From positions 89,528,001 through 89,592,000 of the forward strand of contig NC_043002.1 of the NCBI RefSeq assembly GCF_006345805.1: a stretch of DNA of 64,000 bases, read 5' to 3'. This document shows, piece after piece, positions 12,910-24,457 of this stretch; the stretch's first letter is position 1; each line of letters starts with the position of its first letter. The DNA is from Octopus sinensis. Lineage: Eukaryota. The notes under the pieces are model-generated. The model was not told the DNA's origin. It searched no databases and worked only from the letters and a program-made list of their open reading frames with translations. A program made the translations under genes and the position numbers.

Positions 12910-13445
12910 GGATCTTTTCGGTTTGAACGGCAGTTTTTTAAGATAATTTCCACGTAACTAAACACTTTTAAACTTCGTATACTGGTAGAATGTGTTTATA
13001 AAACATCTTTTTCTCTTGACTTTATTGTGAAAATTCTATAGTTTGTAAGATATTTGTTGGTTTTTTTTCTTCAATTTCTGCAATTTCAACCAATCAATGA
13101 CGTCTATTGAGGTGAAAACATTGTGCCGTATGAAAATGTCCCTAAAAAAAGGGCGATGCTTCGGTATAGGTACACACGTGACTTTGTTTACATTTCTGAA
13201 GATAACAGAAACCCTTTTCTCCCACTCCTAACCCTAACCCCCCATATATAAAAAAAACACTTTCTTGAAATGTATCCGGTACTTCCGGTACATATACCGA
13301 AGTTACGCCAAAAAAGATACCCTTTCCCCACCCCTAACCCTAACCCAGATTGAAATGCAATAGATCGATACTAGGGTCATAATTATGGGTGACAATTTCA
13401 TATGACACCGCTAGAGAAAAACTGCCGTTCAAACCGAAAAGATCC
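12910..13445. mobile_element. MITE with 29-bp perfect TIRs, 8-bp near-TSD and internal (TAACCC)n bits
   Basis: TIR ggatcttttcggtttgaacggcagttttt at both ends; flanks cgtcatcg (12902-12909) and tgtcatcg (13446-13453). Confidence 0.8.
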
Positions 13446-13669
13446 TGTCATCGTTGCTGTTGCTGCCGATGTCTTCGTCGGCGCCGCCGTTGTTGTTTTC
13501 ACCTTTTACTCAAAGGATATTGGAATATTGCATATATACCATTATGTCTATAAAACGGATTTACGAATTCAATATCCCTACGTATCTTGCATCTATTTTC
13601 TTTCCTCCACCTCACTCTCTATTTTGTATCACATTGAAACTAACTATGACTTAACTATCCTCTCACACC

Positions 13670-13721
13670 GTCTCTGATGAAGGGATATTATCAATTGATA
13701 TCCTAGAAACAGCTGTAAGAC
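13670..13721 (+). ncRNA. Minimal type-I hammerhead ribozyme motif
   Basis: Stem I GTCT/AGAC; core CTGATGA (13674-13680); stem II GGGATAT/ATATCCT; GAAA (13706-13709); palindromic stem III ACAGCTGT; GTA cleavage triplet, predicted cut after 13717. Confidence 0.7.
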
Positions 13722-13849
13722 CTTCTATCTATAAATGTTCTAATATCTATACAGCCTTGGTTTTTTTTTATCTCATTACACAAAAAATTCGTATACACAC
13801 ACATATATATATATATATAGGTAAACATGTATAAACTTTATTTTTACAG

Positions 13850-13971
13850 TGAGAGCTTCATATGATGTTTCTGATGGACCACCGGCTTTACCTAATGATC
13901 TTCTTTTGCTGTTATCTGGAATAAAATCTGACTTAGCCAAATGTTTGGCTTTATCTGACAATCATTTGGAG
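13850..13971 (+). CDS. DFFA: DFFA/ICAD-like gene, coding exon 3
   Basis: tttttacag|13850, phase 1 matches; encodes LRASYDVSDGPPALPNDLLLLLSGIKSDLAKCLALSDNHLE; donor GAG|gtgagt at 13972. KSDL..CLALS..HL parallels the DFFA C-terminal region (KEDLSSIILLSEEDL, recalled human sequence). Confidence 0.85.
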
Positions 13972-14833
13972 GTGAGTTGTGAATTGACCGTACTGGATAT
14001 CAGGAATATTCACATTCCTGTTGATGTTACAGATTTATTGTTGTGAATATTTGCTGTGGTTTATTGGTTAGGCTATTTGGCTCACTCATCTGTTAACATG
14101 TACTCACTTCCAAAAGCTACAATTGGAATTATTTCATCATTTTGAATACAAGCTTTCAAAAGTTGAGTGTATGAGGCACCTTGTGACCTCCCCAATTTCA
14201 ACAGTGTAGTGAACCAATCAGTAGCCTCTTAGATGAATGGTTCTCAACCATTTTAACCTATGAACTCCTTTGATTCCTATTTTGCTCAGGGAAGAGGGAC
14301 CCTGACGGCCATTCAGCATCTAAAATCTCCTTTTACATTTTTATGATTAAATCCCCCTCTCTCTCTTTCGGAGAGGCACAAGCACCTACGCACACATATA
14401 CACACACGGCAGTTACTTCTGCCTACCAAATTCAATCACAAAGCTTCGGTCGGCCCGGGGCTATAGCAGAAGACACTTGCCCAAAGTGCCACACGGTGGG
14501 ACTGAACCCAAAACCATGTAGCTAGGAAGCTAGCTCCCTAAACACACAGCCATGCCTGCACCTAGAATTGTATTAAAAAATGCTTAAATATTTTGTCGCA
14601 GTATAACCTATTTATTGCAAATAAATTCTTATATGAACCCCAGTTGAAAACTACTGTCTTAGATTCTTCTTTTAACCCAAACATGCCATAAAGATAGCAT
14701 TGTTACTGAATATTTGTAATGGAAATAAGAAAGGGAAACTGAGAAATATCTCAGAAATTAAGTTTCTTACTCATCTACAACAACAGTTGTTAATGATCTT
14801 TATGTTTCATTTCTCTTTTTTTTTTGTCATCAG

Positions 14834-15040
14834 GAAATTACTAAAATACCTGTTTCTGACCTAGCTACTATTTTAGTAGACAGTGAACAGTTTGCAAGAA
14901 ATTTCAAGGAGGCATGTGAAATGGAGCTGATTACACGTGAGGACAATGATGACTTGTTACAACTAATACGAATGGCTGCTGAACATCAAAATGGAAGTGT
15001 GAAGAGACAAAAGATTGATAACACTGAATCTGATGATTAA
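14834..15040 (+). CDS. DFFA: DFFA/ICAD-like gene, terminal coding exon 4 (DFF-C-like)
   Basis: Poly-T tract then catcag|14834, phase 0; EITKIPVSDLATILVDSEQFARNFKEACEMELITREDNDDLLQLIRMAAEHQNGSVKRQKIDNTESDD*; P-x-SDLA..L and RE....LLQL resemble human DFFA PCSDLAQEL...QREEVRQSKQLLQL. Total protein 193 aa. Confidence 0.85.
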   Translation, partial: EITKIPVSDLATILVDSEQFARNFKEACEMELITREDNDDLLQLIRMAAEHQNGSVKRQKIDNTESDD

Positions 15041-15198
15041 ACTAAGATTTTCGAAAAGTTCATATATATTCCCCCCTATTTTTCTAATTAAAGTGTGAAA
15101 AAAAGAAGTAAAGAAAAAAAAAAAAAAAACTAACAAAGCATTTATTATTTTTTTCTAATTTCATATTGATTCAAATTATTTTCTTGGCTTTGAGATTA

Positions 15199-15204
15199 AA
15201 TAAA
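15199..15204 (+). terminator. Candidate polyadenylation signal of the DFFA-like gene
   Basis: AATAAA about 160 nt after the stop codon, followed by GT-rich sequence; in AT-rich DNA this can occur by chance. Confidence 0.4.
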
Positions 15205-17529
15205 ATCACTTGTGTGTGAAGGTGCATGGATGGCCCTAGAGGTTAGGGCATTGTTCCCACAATCGCAAGCTATGCTTTTGATTCCCAGACTTGCTATGTG
15301 CTGTGTACTTGAGCAAAACACTTTATTTTGCATTGCTCTAGTTCACCCAGCTGTAAATGGGTAACTCTATGGCAGATTGGCCTTCGGTTCATGGCAAATG
15401 TTGCCCTGCCTGCCGAGCCATGTGAGGAAGTGCATTGTGACCAATGGTGTATAAAAACATTCTGGTTGATAGAGTAATATAATGGTAATACAATGGTTAT
15501 TTTATTATTCAGTATGAGTGATTTAGATTACAAATAAATTCTAGATCATCATTATACCATTAGGCAAGGAAAATAAACTTTAATTACTTCTATACCATTT
15601 TAAAACCATTAGATGTGGGTGTGGCAGATAAACTCAGTTCTTTATCATTATTTAATCCAAACGTCAGATTAACTGGATCTAGTTTTTTTTCATTTGCAAA
15701 ATATACATTTTTTAAAAGACAGTAAAGAATCTGAAAATTGGCTATAATAATAAAGTTTTCCAGTCTAGTTGCTATGAAGGTATGATGTTGTGGAGAAAAA
15801 AAATTAGAGGTAAAAGTTACAGAGGTTTAAAAATAAAAAAAATTGTGTATTTTTAGCCAATGGCGTGACAAAAATTTTCTGCGTTTAGTGGTGTCAACTT
15901 TAAAGTTGTACCCTGTGAAATTTATAGTTTAGTGTCTGTGAAATGACCTCTTCATTGTAGGTTTCTAAATAAACAGAAATACCTAATCAAATCAACGTGT
16001 ATCATCTTACTGTTTCTTTTGTCTCTTCATTGATTGTACGTTTTTATTATTTTCTAAAAATTTGTTATAGTAATATGTTTGTCTGCATGTGTTTGCTTTA
16101 TGCGTATTTCAGTATTATGTATACCTGTCATGTATTTGTGTACATCATTATTATATAAGTGCATGTGTGTGTGTGCGTGAAAAAGGGGCGTCTATCTCCA
16201 AAACTTCAAAGTTGAGTAACATTTTCATGTTTGGATTTATAAACTATGATAGGAATAACACTGGACAACAAAAAATTTGCACTAAGAAAAAGAATACCTG
16301 TATCTTATAGGTTTTTGCATGCAGAATTCAAAAATAATGTCAAATTATCTGTACTAAGTTCACATATTTCAATCACCTTCATAATGTCAAGAAACTGTAT
16401 AAACATCGCAAACAACTTTTGCTATATATGAAAAATATGTAAAATTTTAAGACAATTGAGGAAAAATATCTATAATAAAATTCTAATTGATAAGTATAAA
16501 TTTTTACTAAAACAAAACACGCTGATGAAGTAAATCTCTTAGTGTGAAGAATCAACACATGCAGGTGAAACACAACGTGCAGTTGTCATAGTTACAAACT
16601 GTTTAATGCCTTGCTGTCTGTTGATTGGTTAAAATTACCCAAATTTCCCAACTTTAATTCCAAATAGCATCAGATTCTTTATTTTATGAGATAAAGTAAT
16701 TGGTTGATCATAGTCAAAATTCAGAGTTGCAATGATATACCAAAACTGAAAGCACTCTGAGTAAAATTAAAGGGGGCTCTAGATTACTCTGTCAAATGTA
16801 ATGCTTATTTATTCACATTGAAATGAATTAGATATGCATTACTTTGTAGTTTTGAGATTTTGATGATGCGATTGTTTATTTTAAAAATAATATTGTAGGG
16901 TAAATATGAGAGACCAGATCTGGCCAGTTTAAAGATAAAAACAAGTAAATACTTTTGGCTGGACATGGCTGGTTTAATCGCTATGTTTTCTTCTGTCAGT
17001 CATTCAGTTTCTCTACACTTGCTTTACAAATAACCAGTCTCTGCAACACTCATTCTACAGTTAATATTCCTTGAAGATGGCAAATAAAAATTTTTTACAG
17101 GGTTCAGCAATCTGCTAGAAATAACAGCTAAGCCTTCCTCACATTACTTTTTTCTGCTTTAAAAAATAAGACACATTGGACAATACAGTTCTTGATATAC
17201 AAAAGGACGACATGGTCATGGCTGTCACACCTTTGATCATAGGTTTGCCCAGTGGTGACTTGAAGTTAAACAACATCAGCAATGACAAATTTAACAGATC
17301 TCATTTGCCATTTGTGACAAGATCCAATAATAAAATACTTGTAGTTTATTACATAGATGGAGGTATGGCTGTGTGGGAAGAAGTTAGCTTCCAACCACAT
17401 GGTTCTGGGTTCAGTCCCATTGTGTGACACCTTGGGCAATGTGTCTTCTATTATAGCTCCAGGTTGAGCAAAGTCTTGTGAGTGGATTTGGTAGATGGAA
17501 ATTAAAAGAAGCTCATCATATATATATAT

Positions 17530-17757
17530 TTCTTTACTACCCACAAGGGGCTAAACACAGAGGGGACAAACAAGGACAGACAAAGGGATTAAGTCGACTA
17601 CATCGACCCCAGTGCGTAACTGGTACTTAATTTATCGACCCCGAAAGGATGAAAGGCAAAGTCGACCTCGGCGGAATTTGAACTCGGAACGTAACGACAG
17701 ACGAAATACGGCTACGAATTTCGCCCGGCGTGCTAACGTTTCTACCAGCTCGCCGCC
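17530..17757 (-). mobile_element. tRNA-derived SINE (family C), young copy with 17-bp TSD, inserted in a family-B SINE
   Basis: Head ggcggcgagctggtagaaacgttagc, B-box-like GAGTTCAAATTCC; TSD tcatcatatatatatat at 17513-17529 and 17758-17774. Decayed copies near 4762, 18010, 18285, 21845, 27100, 46610, 49475, 63110, 63545, 63810. Confidence 0.8.
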
Positions 17758-19015
17758 TCATCATATATATATATATGTATATGTATGTGTGTGTTTGTGT
17801 TTGTCTCCTACTACTGCTTCACCACACGTTTTTGTTTGTTTATGTTGTTGTATTTTAGTGGTTCAGTGTAAGAGATTGATAGAATAAGTACTGGAGTTAA
17901 CCCATTCTACTAAGACCCTTCGAAGTGATGTACCAGCATGGCCACAATCCAGTGACTGAAACAAGTAAACAATAAAAGATTTAATTATCTTTATGAAGAA
18001 GAAATATTGCCCACAGGGGGCGAAACATAGAGGGGACAAACAAGGGGATCAAGTCGATTATATCGACCCCAGTGCATAACTGGTACTTATTTAATCGACT
18101 ACGAAAGGATGAAAGGCAAAGTTGACCTTGGCGGATATGAAGAAGAAATATTGTATGAAGAATGGCTTCAAGAGACAAATTAAGGAAGTAACCTGACGAT
18201 ACAGTTTCACTACTCTTTTACTTCTTTTGACCGACATTGGACACAATGTCTATTAAAGATAATACTGGTTTTAGATTTTAGTACAAGGCCAGCAATTTTA
18301 GAGGAAGGTTAAGTTGATTGCATTGACCCCAGTGCTTAACTGGTACCTATATTATTGACCCTGAAAGGATAAAAGACAAAGTCGACTTTGTTGCGATTTG
18401 AACTGGGAACATAAACAGCTAGATGAAATGCTGCTAAATAGTTTTATCCAATGCTTTAACGATTCTGCCAACTCACTGCCTTAAATAATGGTTTCAGTTT
18501 TGATATAAGGTTAACAAATTTAAGGGCAATTACATTGAATTTAGAGATCAACTACTACTTATTTTATCAACCTTGAAACGATAAAAGGCAATTTAAACTG
18601 AAAACATGAAATCAGAAGAAATGCTGCTAAACATTTCGTCTGGCATGCTAATGATTCTGCTAGCTTGCTGCCTTTTTCAAAGCTAATAATATTGGGGTTG
18701 CTGTTCCTCACAGGAATACTGTAATTCTTGGGGTTTATACCTGTATCTGCCCCAACACTGCAATCGGTTTGAAGAAGATTTCTTTAAGATTCTCAGCTAT
18801 AATCACTTCTTGAAGAAACCAAGGAGACAAAAGTGTCAGTGAATTAAATCAAGCCCTGTACTAGGAAGTGCTAAAAAGTTCCTGGCTTTGGGTAAATGAA
18901 AATACAGGAGGATCAGTTAATTACAATTATTCAACATATTCCTCTTTCAGATTCACATATTTATTGCAGTGGTCCTTCAGTTTTTCTAAGCCCTGTAAAA
19001 GAAGTCGTGATACTC

Positions 19016-21044
19016 GTGAATAGAGTAGCCTCCCTTTATTAAATAATCTCCCTTAGTTGTTGGTTGTGTTGGAAACGACGTTACCTTTTCAGATTCAATA
19101 ATTTAAACTCTCTCTTATGTAGTACAAATCTATTTTATTTACAGCTCTCAAATGTTTTATTTTTGTATTTTTCACTTTTTTCAGAACTTTTAGCTAATTT
19201 TGTTTGAAATTGAAAGTAAATTTGGCAAAAAAAAAAAAAAAGTCATTAACATCATTTTCCCTTCCATATTTTAAAAAGGTCATAGGCCAACAGGTTTTGG
19301 GATCTGAAGATAAACTGTAAAGTTAAACCCTTTATGGACGAGAAACCCAGGGTAACCCCATGAACCCGCCTTCACCAGGAAAAAAATGTATGTATGTATG
19401 TATGTATATATGTATGTGTGTCTGTGTGTGCGTGTGCGTGCGTGCATGCCTGCCTATATCAGACATGCTGGACATCAACACCTCCCCTTTTACCATATTT
19501 GAACTAGCAGCAGCCACCAAGCAACTAAAAGCCTCGAAAGCATTTGGTCCCGACAACATCCCAGCTATAATTTGGAAGGATGATAGATTTCGCACACTTT
19601 TGCTCAACCTCTGCAACCACACACTTTCCACCTTTGTTGCTCCAAAGATTTGGCACTAATCTCAAATCACCCCAATACCCCAAAAAGGCGATTTGTCTCT
19701 CATCACCAACTACAGGGGTATATCTCTAATGTCAATTGCTGCAAAACTGTACAACCAACTGATCCTAAATCGTCTTGTCCTTTTTGTTGAACCTCTGCTC
19801 CGAAAGAACCAAAATGGATTCAGACATCGGCGCTCAACGCTGAGCCAGATACTATGCCTACGCAGACTTATTGAAAAATTAAAAGCATTTAATCGCGATC
19901 TTGCAATGGTATTTGTAGACTTTTCTAAAGCGTTCGATTCTGTAGATAGGTACAAGATGTTTGAAATCCTTAAGCTCTATGGGATACCAGACAAAATCAT
20001 TTCTGCCATCAAGGTCCTTTACACAGACACGTCTTCAACTATCTTAACCCCTGATGGAGAAATATCATCTCCCTCAATCAAAGCCGGAATACTGCAGGGA
20101 GACACACTCGCCCCATTTCTTTTCATCATTGTTGTTGATTATGTGCTACGTATGTCAGTTGATACCATCTCTGGCAAGGGCTTTGAAATAAAACCAAGAA
20201 GAAGTTCCAGACACCCAGCTGAGTACTTGACAGACACTGACTTTGCTGACGACATCGCTCTTATCAGTGATTCTCTCTCCAATGCCCAGTCTCTTTTACA
20301 ATCTCTTGAACAAGCCTCAAATTGTGTAGGTCTTTACCTCAATGAGGCCAAAACTGAATACATAAACAAGTGCCTGTCCAACAGTGATTGCATCATCCAT
20401 ACTCTCAACAATGCACCCTTAAATATGGTTTCTGATTACAAATATCTTGGGTCACACATATCATCATCTGGAAAAGACTTTCTAACTAGAAAGGGTATGG
20501 CCTGGGCAGCCTGTAATGACATGCATAAGATCTGGTCATCAAATCTAAGTAGAGACTTCAAACTTGAAATCTTCAAAGCCACAGTCGAACCAATTCTACT
20601 ATATGGCTCAGAAACCTGGATGTTATCAAAGAAGCTTGAGAGGCGGTAGGATGGAACTTACACTCGCCTCCTTATGAGAGCTCAAAATCTCTCATGGAAG
20701 CGTCATCCAACCAAAGTACAAATATATGGGAAACTACCACATGTGTCATCTCTTGTGAAAGATAGAAGAGTCCAGTTTGCTGGACATTGTTGTAGAGCTG
20801 AAAAAGAAGTAATTTCTACTCTTCTCCTCTAGAAGCCATCTACTTGCGATACCAGAGGGTGCACACTCTCCTACCCTGATGTAATCTCCAGGGATACAGG
20901 CATCCAGCAACGGGACCTCCGTAATGCCATGATGGACCGTGAAGTCTGGCGTAGCATGGTAAATTCCATTGTTTCGACCACGGTCGAACAATGATGATGG
21001 TGATGATGTATGTATGTATGTATGTATGTATGTATGTATGTATG

Positions 21045-21075
<31 letters not shown>

Positions 21076-21681
21076 TCATCAACATCATGTAACATCCTTT
21101 TTTTCCATGGTGAAATGGACTGGACAGTTCGACGGAGGGCTGCAGCAAGTTCCAATGTCTGCTTTAGAATCGTTTGTACAGCTAGATGCCCTCCCTGATG
21201 CCAACCACCTCACAGCATGAATAAGATACTTTTTTTTTCATGGCACCAGCACTGGTGAGATCACCAAGTGCATACAAAACAAGGCCCTTTCAAATGAATG
21301 TGGTATATTATTGAGGGATAAGCAAGTAAGATAGAGGGACAAGAGCAGGTATCTCACTGAAGAGGTGAAGTACGTGGCTTGCCCATTTAGAAAGAGAGAT
21401 ACAAGGTTAATATGCCATACTGGCATTTATAGACAGGGTGTTCCAAAAACATTGACATTATTTGAAATGTGAATATCTGAGTAACTACATGCTCTAGGCA
21501 AACGAAATTAAGTGGGTTTCATTATGACCAATAAAAGATTTATTTATCAACATTTAAACAAGAGATTCGGAGCGATGTTCTATAAAATATATTTACAAAA
21601 TTTATTGTACATTACAGGTGCATTGTCATGGTGCAATTGCCACTCACTGGATGCATGCAATTGTGGTCTTTTCAAATGAAT
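19016..21681 (+). repeat. Local segmental duplication, copy 1 (LINE-interrupted)
   Basis: 19016-19400 plus about 21010-21681 match 23426-24457 almost base for base. Confidence 0.9.
19451..21007 (+). mobile_element. 5'-truncated RTE-clade LINE with disrupted reverse transcriptase
   Basis: ORFs 19360-19659 and 19693-20649 are in frame across a stop; motifs NYRGISL, QNGFR, FVDFSKAFDSV, GILQGDTLAP, DFADD, YKYLGS; further stops downstream; 3' hairpin and (GAT)n tail. Confidence 0.9.
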
Positions 21682-22717
21682 GGAACTTTTCAGCACTCCC
21701 TCGTACTTCATTTTATCAACCACTAGATGGATGTACCAAAAAATTTATTCAGCAGAAATTGGACTCGGAATGTAAAGTATGAAAACAAATACTGCAAAGT
21801 ATTTTGTTTGCTGCTACAATGATTCTGTCAATATTTTACTTTACTTAAGACAGCAAATTGGTAGAATCGTTAGCACACCAGGCAAAATGCTTAGCAACAT
21901 TTCGTGTCTTTATGTTCTGAGTTCAAATTTCTCCGAAGTCGACTTTGCCTTTCATTCTTTCGGGGGTCAGTAAAATAAGTACCAGTTGAACATTGGGGTC
22001 AATGTAATTGACTTAATCCTTTCCTGAAATTGCTGGCCTTGTACCAAAATGTGAAACAAAAGTTTTTTGCGTGTGTAAGCAAAAGCAAAGTATTGTAATC
22101 ATTCGTCTTTGCCTGTGTGTTCGCAAAACTACTGGAAAACGGCTGAACATATTTTCACCAAACATGGCAGAAATACTCATTGACTAAGTGGCTCGAAATG
22201 ATGAAAATTTGGTTTATCTTCAAACGTCTGTAGATACACGACTGTGTGTGTACAGTGATGAATTCGAGGTTGTCGTTTATTTACGAGTTGATTTCTTAAT
22301 TTCACTGGAGTATGAATACCTATAATGAAGATACTTAAAAAAAAAATTTTTTAATCGAACTTACAAATATCCCGATAAGCAAGTTTAGTCAAACACTTAC
22401 AAAGCTTAATTCAGTTCAATTAAAAAGCAACGCATTGTAAGCCACACTATAATTTGCAGAAAAATTTATCTGCTCGCAGGGTATGCACCGTTTCTCCGAT
22501 CCCTTTTCTTCTTACATATTACTCTTGTGAGTGATATGAACAACACATAATTTTATTTCTGCTTTCCATATTAATATCTAATCCTTTATCTACGTACAGT
22601 ATCACTATTTAGTAATGCATATCACAGTATAATAACAAAACTCTAGTAAGCTGCAGATATGTATCTGATACCTAACTGTAACCGTCAAGTTAAGTTTTCA
22701 TTGATAAATCCGCAACA

Positions 22718-22888
22718 GGCGCAGGAGTGGCTGTGTGGTAAGTAGCTTGCTAATCAACCACATGGTTCCAGGTTCAGTCCCACTGCGTGGCATCTTGGGC
22801 AAGTGTCTTCTGCTATAGCACCGGGCCGACCAATGCCTTGTGAGTAGATTTGGTAGACGGAAACTGAAAGAATCCTGTCGTATATATG

Positions 22889-22928
<40 letters not shown>

Positions 22929-23134
22929 TATGTGTGTTTGTCCCCCTAGCATTGCTTGACAACCGATGCTGGTGTGTTTATGTCCCCGTTACTTAGCGGT
23001 TCGGCAAAAGAGACCGATAGAATAAGTACTGGGCTCACAAAGAATAAGTCCCGGGGTCGATTTGCTCGACTAAAGACGGTGCTCCAGCATGGCCGCAGTC
23101 AAAATGACTGAAACAAGTAAAAGAGTAAAAGAGA
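22718..23134 (+). mobile_element. tRNA-derived SINE (family B): head, internal (TA/TG)n microsatellite, conserved tail
   Basis: Head gcaggagtggctgtgtggtaag...ggttcagtccc...cttgggcaagtgtcttct; tail ...gctccagcatggccgcagtcaaa(a)tgactgaaacaagtaaaagag. Other full or partial copies at about 3490-3810, 14415-14555, 17360-17980, 29190-29340, 31960-32410, 35130-36065, 41430-42090, 47955-48120, 49215-49438, 50370-50920, 55805-56246. Confidence 0.85.
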
Positions 23135-23425
23135 GAGTAACAATTCTTATTTGGAAATTAATAAGTAATATTTTTATTTTCTCTGTATTCAAAGGGGATA
23201 ACTTCTGTCTGTTTTTCTGAAAGGCAAATTAATGAACTTTAAAATTGAGCCGTTAACGTTATAACGAGTATCCAACTGTAAAGATACGTCGTTGACTGCC
23301 TCGAGAAATGTCTTATTTTGCTTTTAGTTTTGTCCCACTCGCAACAATATTTTAAATGCCTATACTAAAACAAAAAGAATAGTGTGGATGAAATAACCTC
23401 CCAAAACAGGAATTAAGAAAATCGT

Positions 23426-23808
23426 GTGAATAGAGTAGCCTCCCTTTATTAAATAATCTCCTTTAGTTGTAGGTTGTGTTGGAAACGACATTACCTTTTC
23501 AGATTCAATAATTTAAACTCTCTCACACTTATGTAGTACAAATCTATTTTATTTACAGCTCTCTAATGTTTTATTTTTGTATTTTTCAATTTTTTCAGAA
23601 CTTTTAGCTAATTTTGTTTGAAATTGAAAGTAACTTTGGCAAAAAAAAAGTCATTAACATCATTTTCCCTTCCATATTTTAAAAAGGTCATAGGCCAACA
23701 GGTTTTGGGATCTGAAGATAAACCGTAAAGTTAAACCCTTTATGGACGAGAAACCCAGGGTAACCCCATGAACCCTCCTTCACCAGGAAAAAAATGTATG
23801 TATGTATG

Positions 23809-23839
<31 letters not shown>

Positions 23840-24457
23840 TCATCAACATCATGTAACATCCTTTTTTCCATGGTGAAATGGACTGGACAGTTCGACGGAG
23901 GGCTGCAGCAAGTTCCAATATCTGCTTTAGAATCGTTTGTACAGCTAGATGCCCTCCCTGATGCCAACCACCTCACAGCATGAATAAGATACTTTTTTTT
24001 TCATGGCACCAGCACTGGTGAGATCACCAAGTGCATACAAAACAAGACCCTTTCAAATGAATGTGGTATATTATTGAGGGATAAGCAAGTAAGATAGAGG
24101 GACAAGAGCAGGTATCTCACTGAAGAGGTGAAGTACGTGGCTTGCCCATTTAGAAAGAAAGATACAAGGTCAAGTTACAAGGTAAATATGCCATACTGGC
24201 ATTTATAGACAGGGTGTTCCAAAAACATTGACATTATCTGAAATGTGAATATCTGAGTAATTACATGCTCTAGGCAAACGAAATTAAGTGGGTTTCATTA
24301 TGACCAATAAAAGATTTATTTATCAACATTTGAACAAGAGATTCGGAGCGATGTTCTATAAAATATATTTACAAAATTTATTGTACATTACAGGTGCATT
24401 GTCATGGTGCAATTGCCAGTCACTTGATGCATGCAATTGTGGTCTTTTCCAATGAAT
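23426..24457 (+). repeat. Local segmental duplication, copy 2 (empty site, no LINE)
   Basis: Same flanks as copy 1 joined through an uninterrupted (ATGT)n tract at about 23796-23837. Confidence 0.9.

Noticed and set aside
13220-13350. Telomere or interstitial telomeric array
   Set aside because: Only 2-3 TAACCC units per stretch, inside a TIR-bounded element.
16297-16422. Possible minus-strand terminal exon QKLFAMFIQFLDIMKVIEICELSTDNLTLFLNSACKNL*
   Set aside because: Plausible acceptor, but no upstream exon joins in frame and no recognisable homology; could be chance.
16522-16590. CTGATGA...GAAAC hammerhead candidate
   Set aside because: No stem I, stem II unpaired at its base, stem III out of register.
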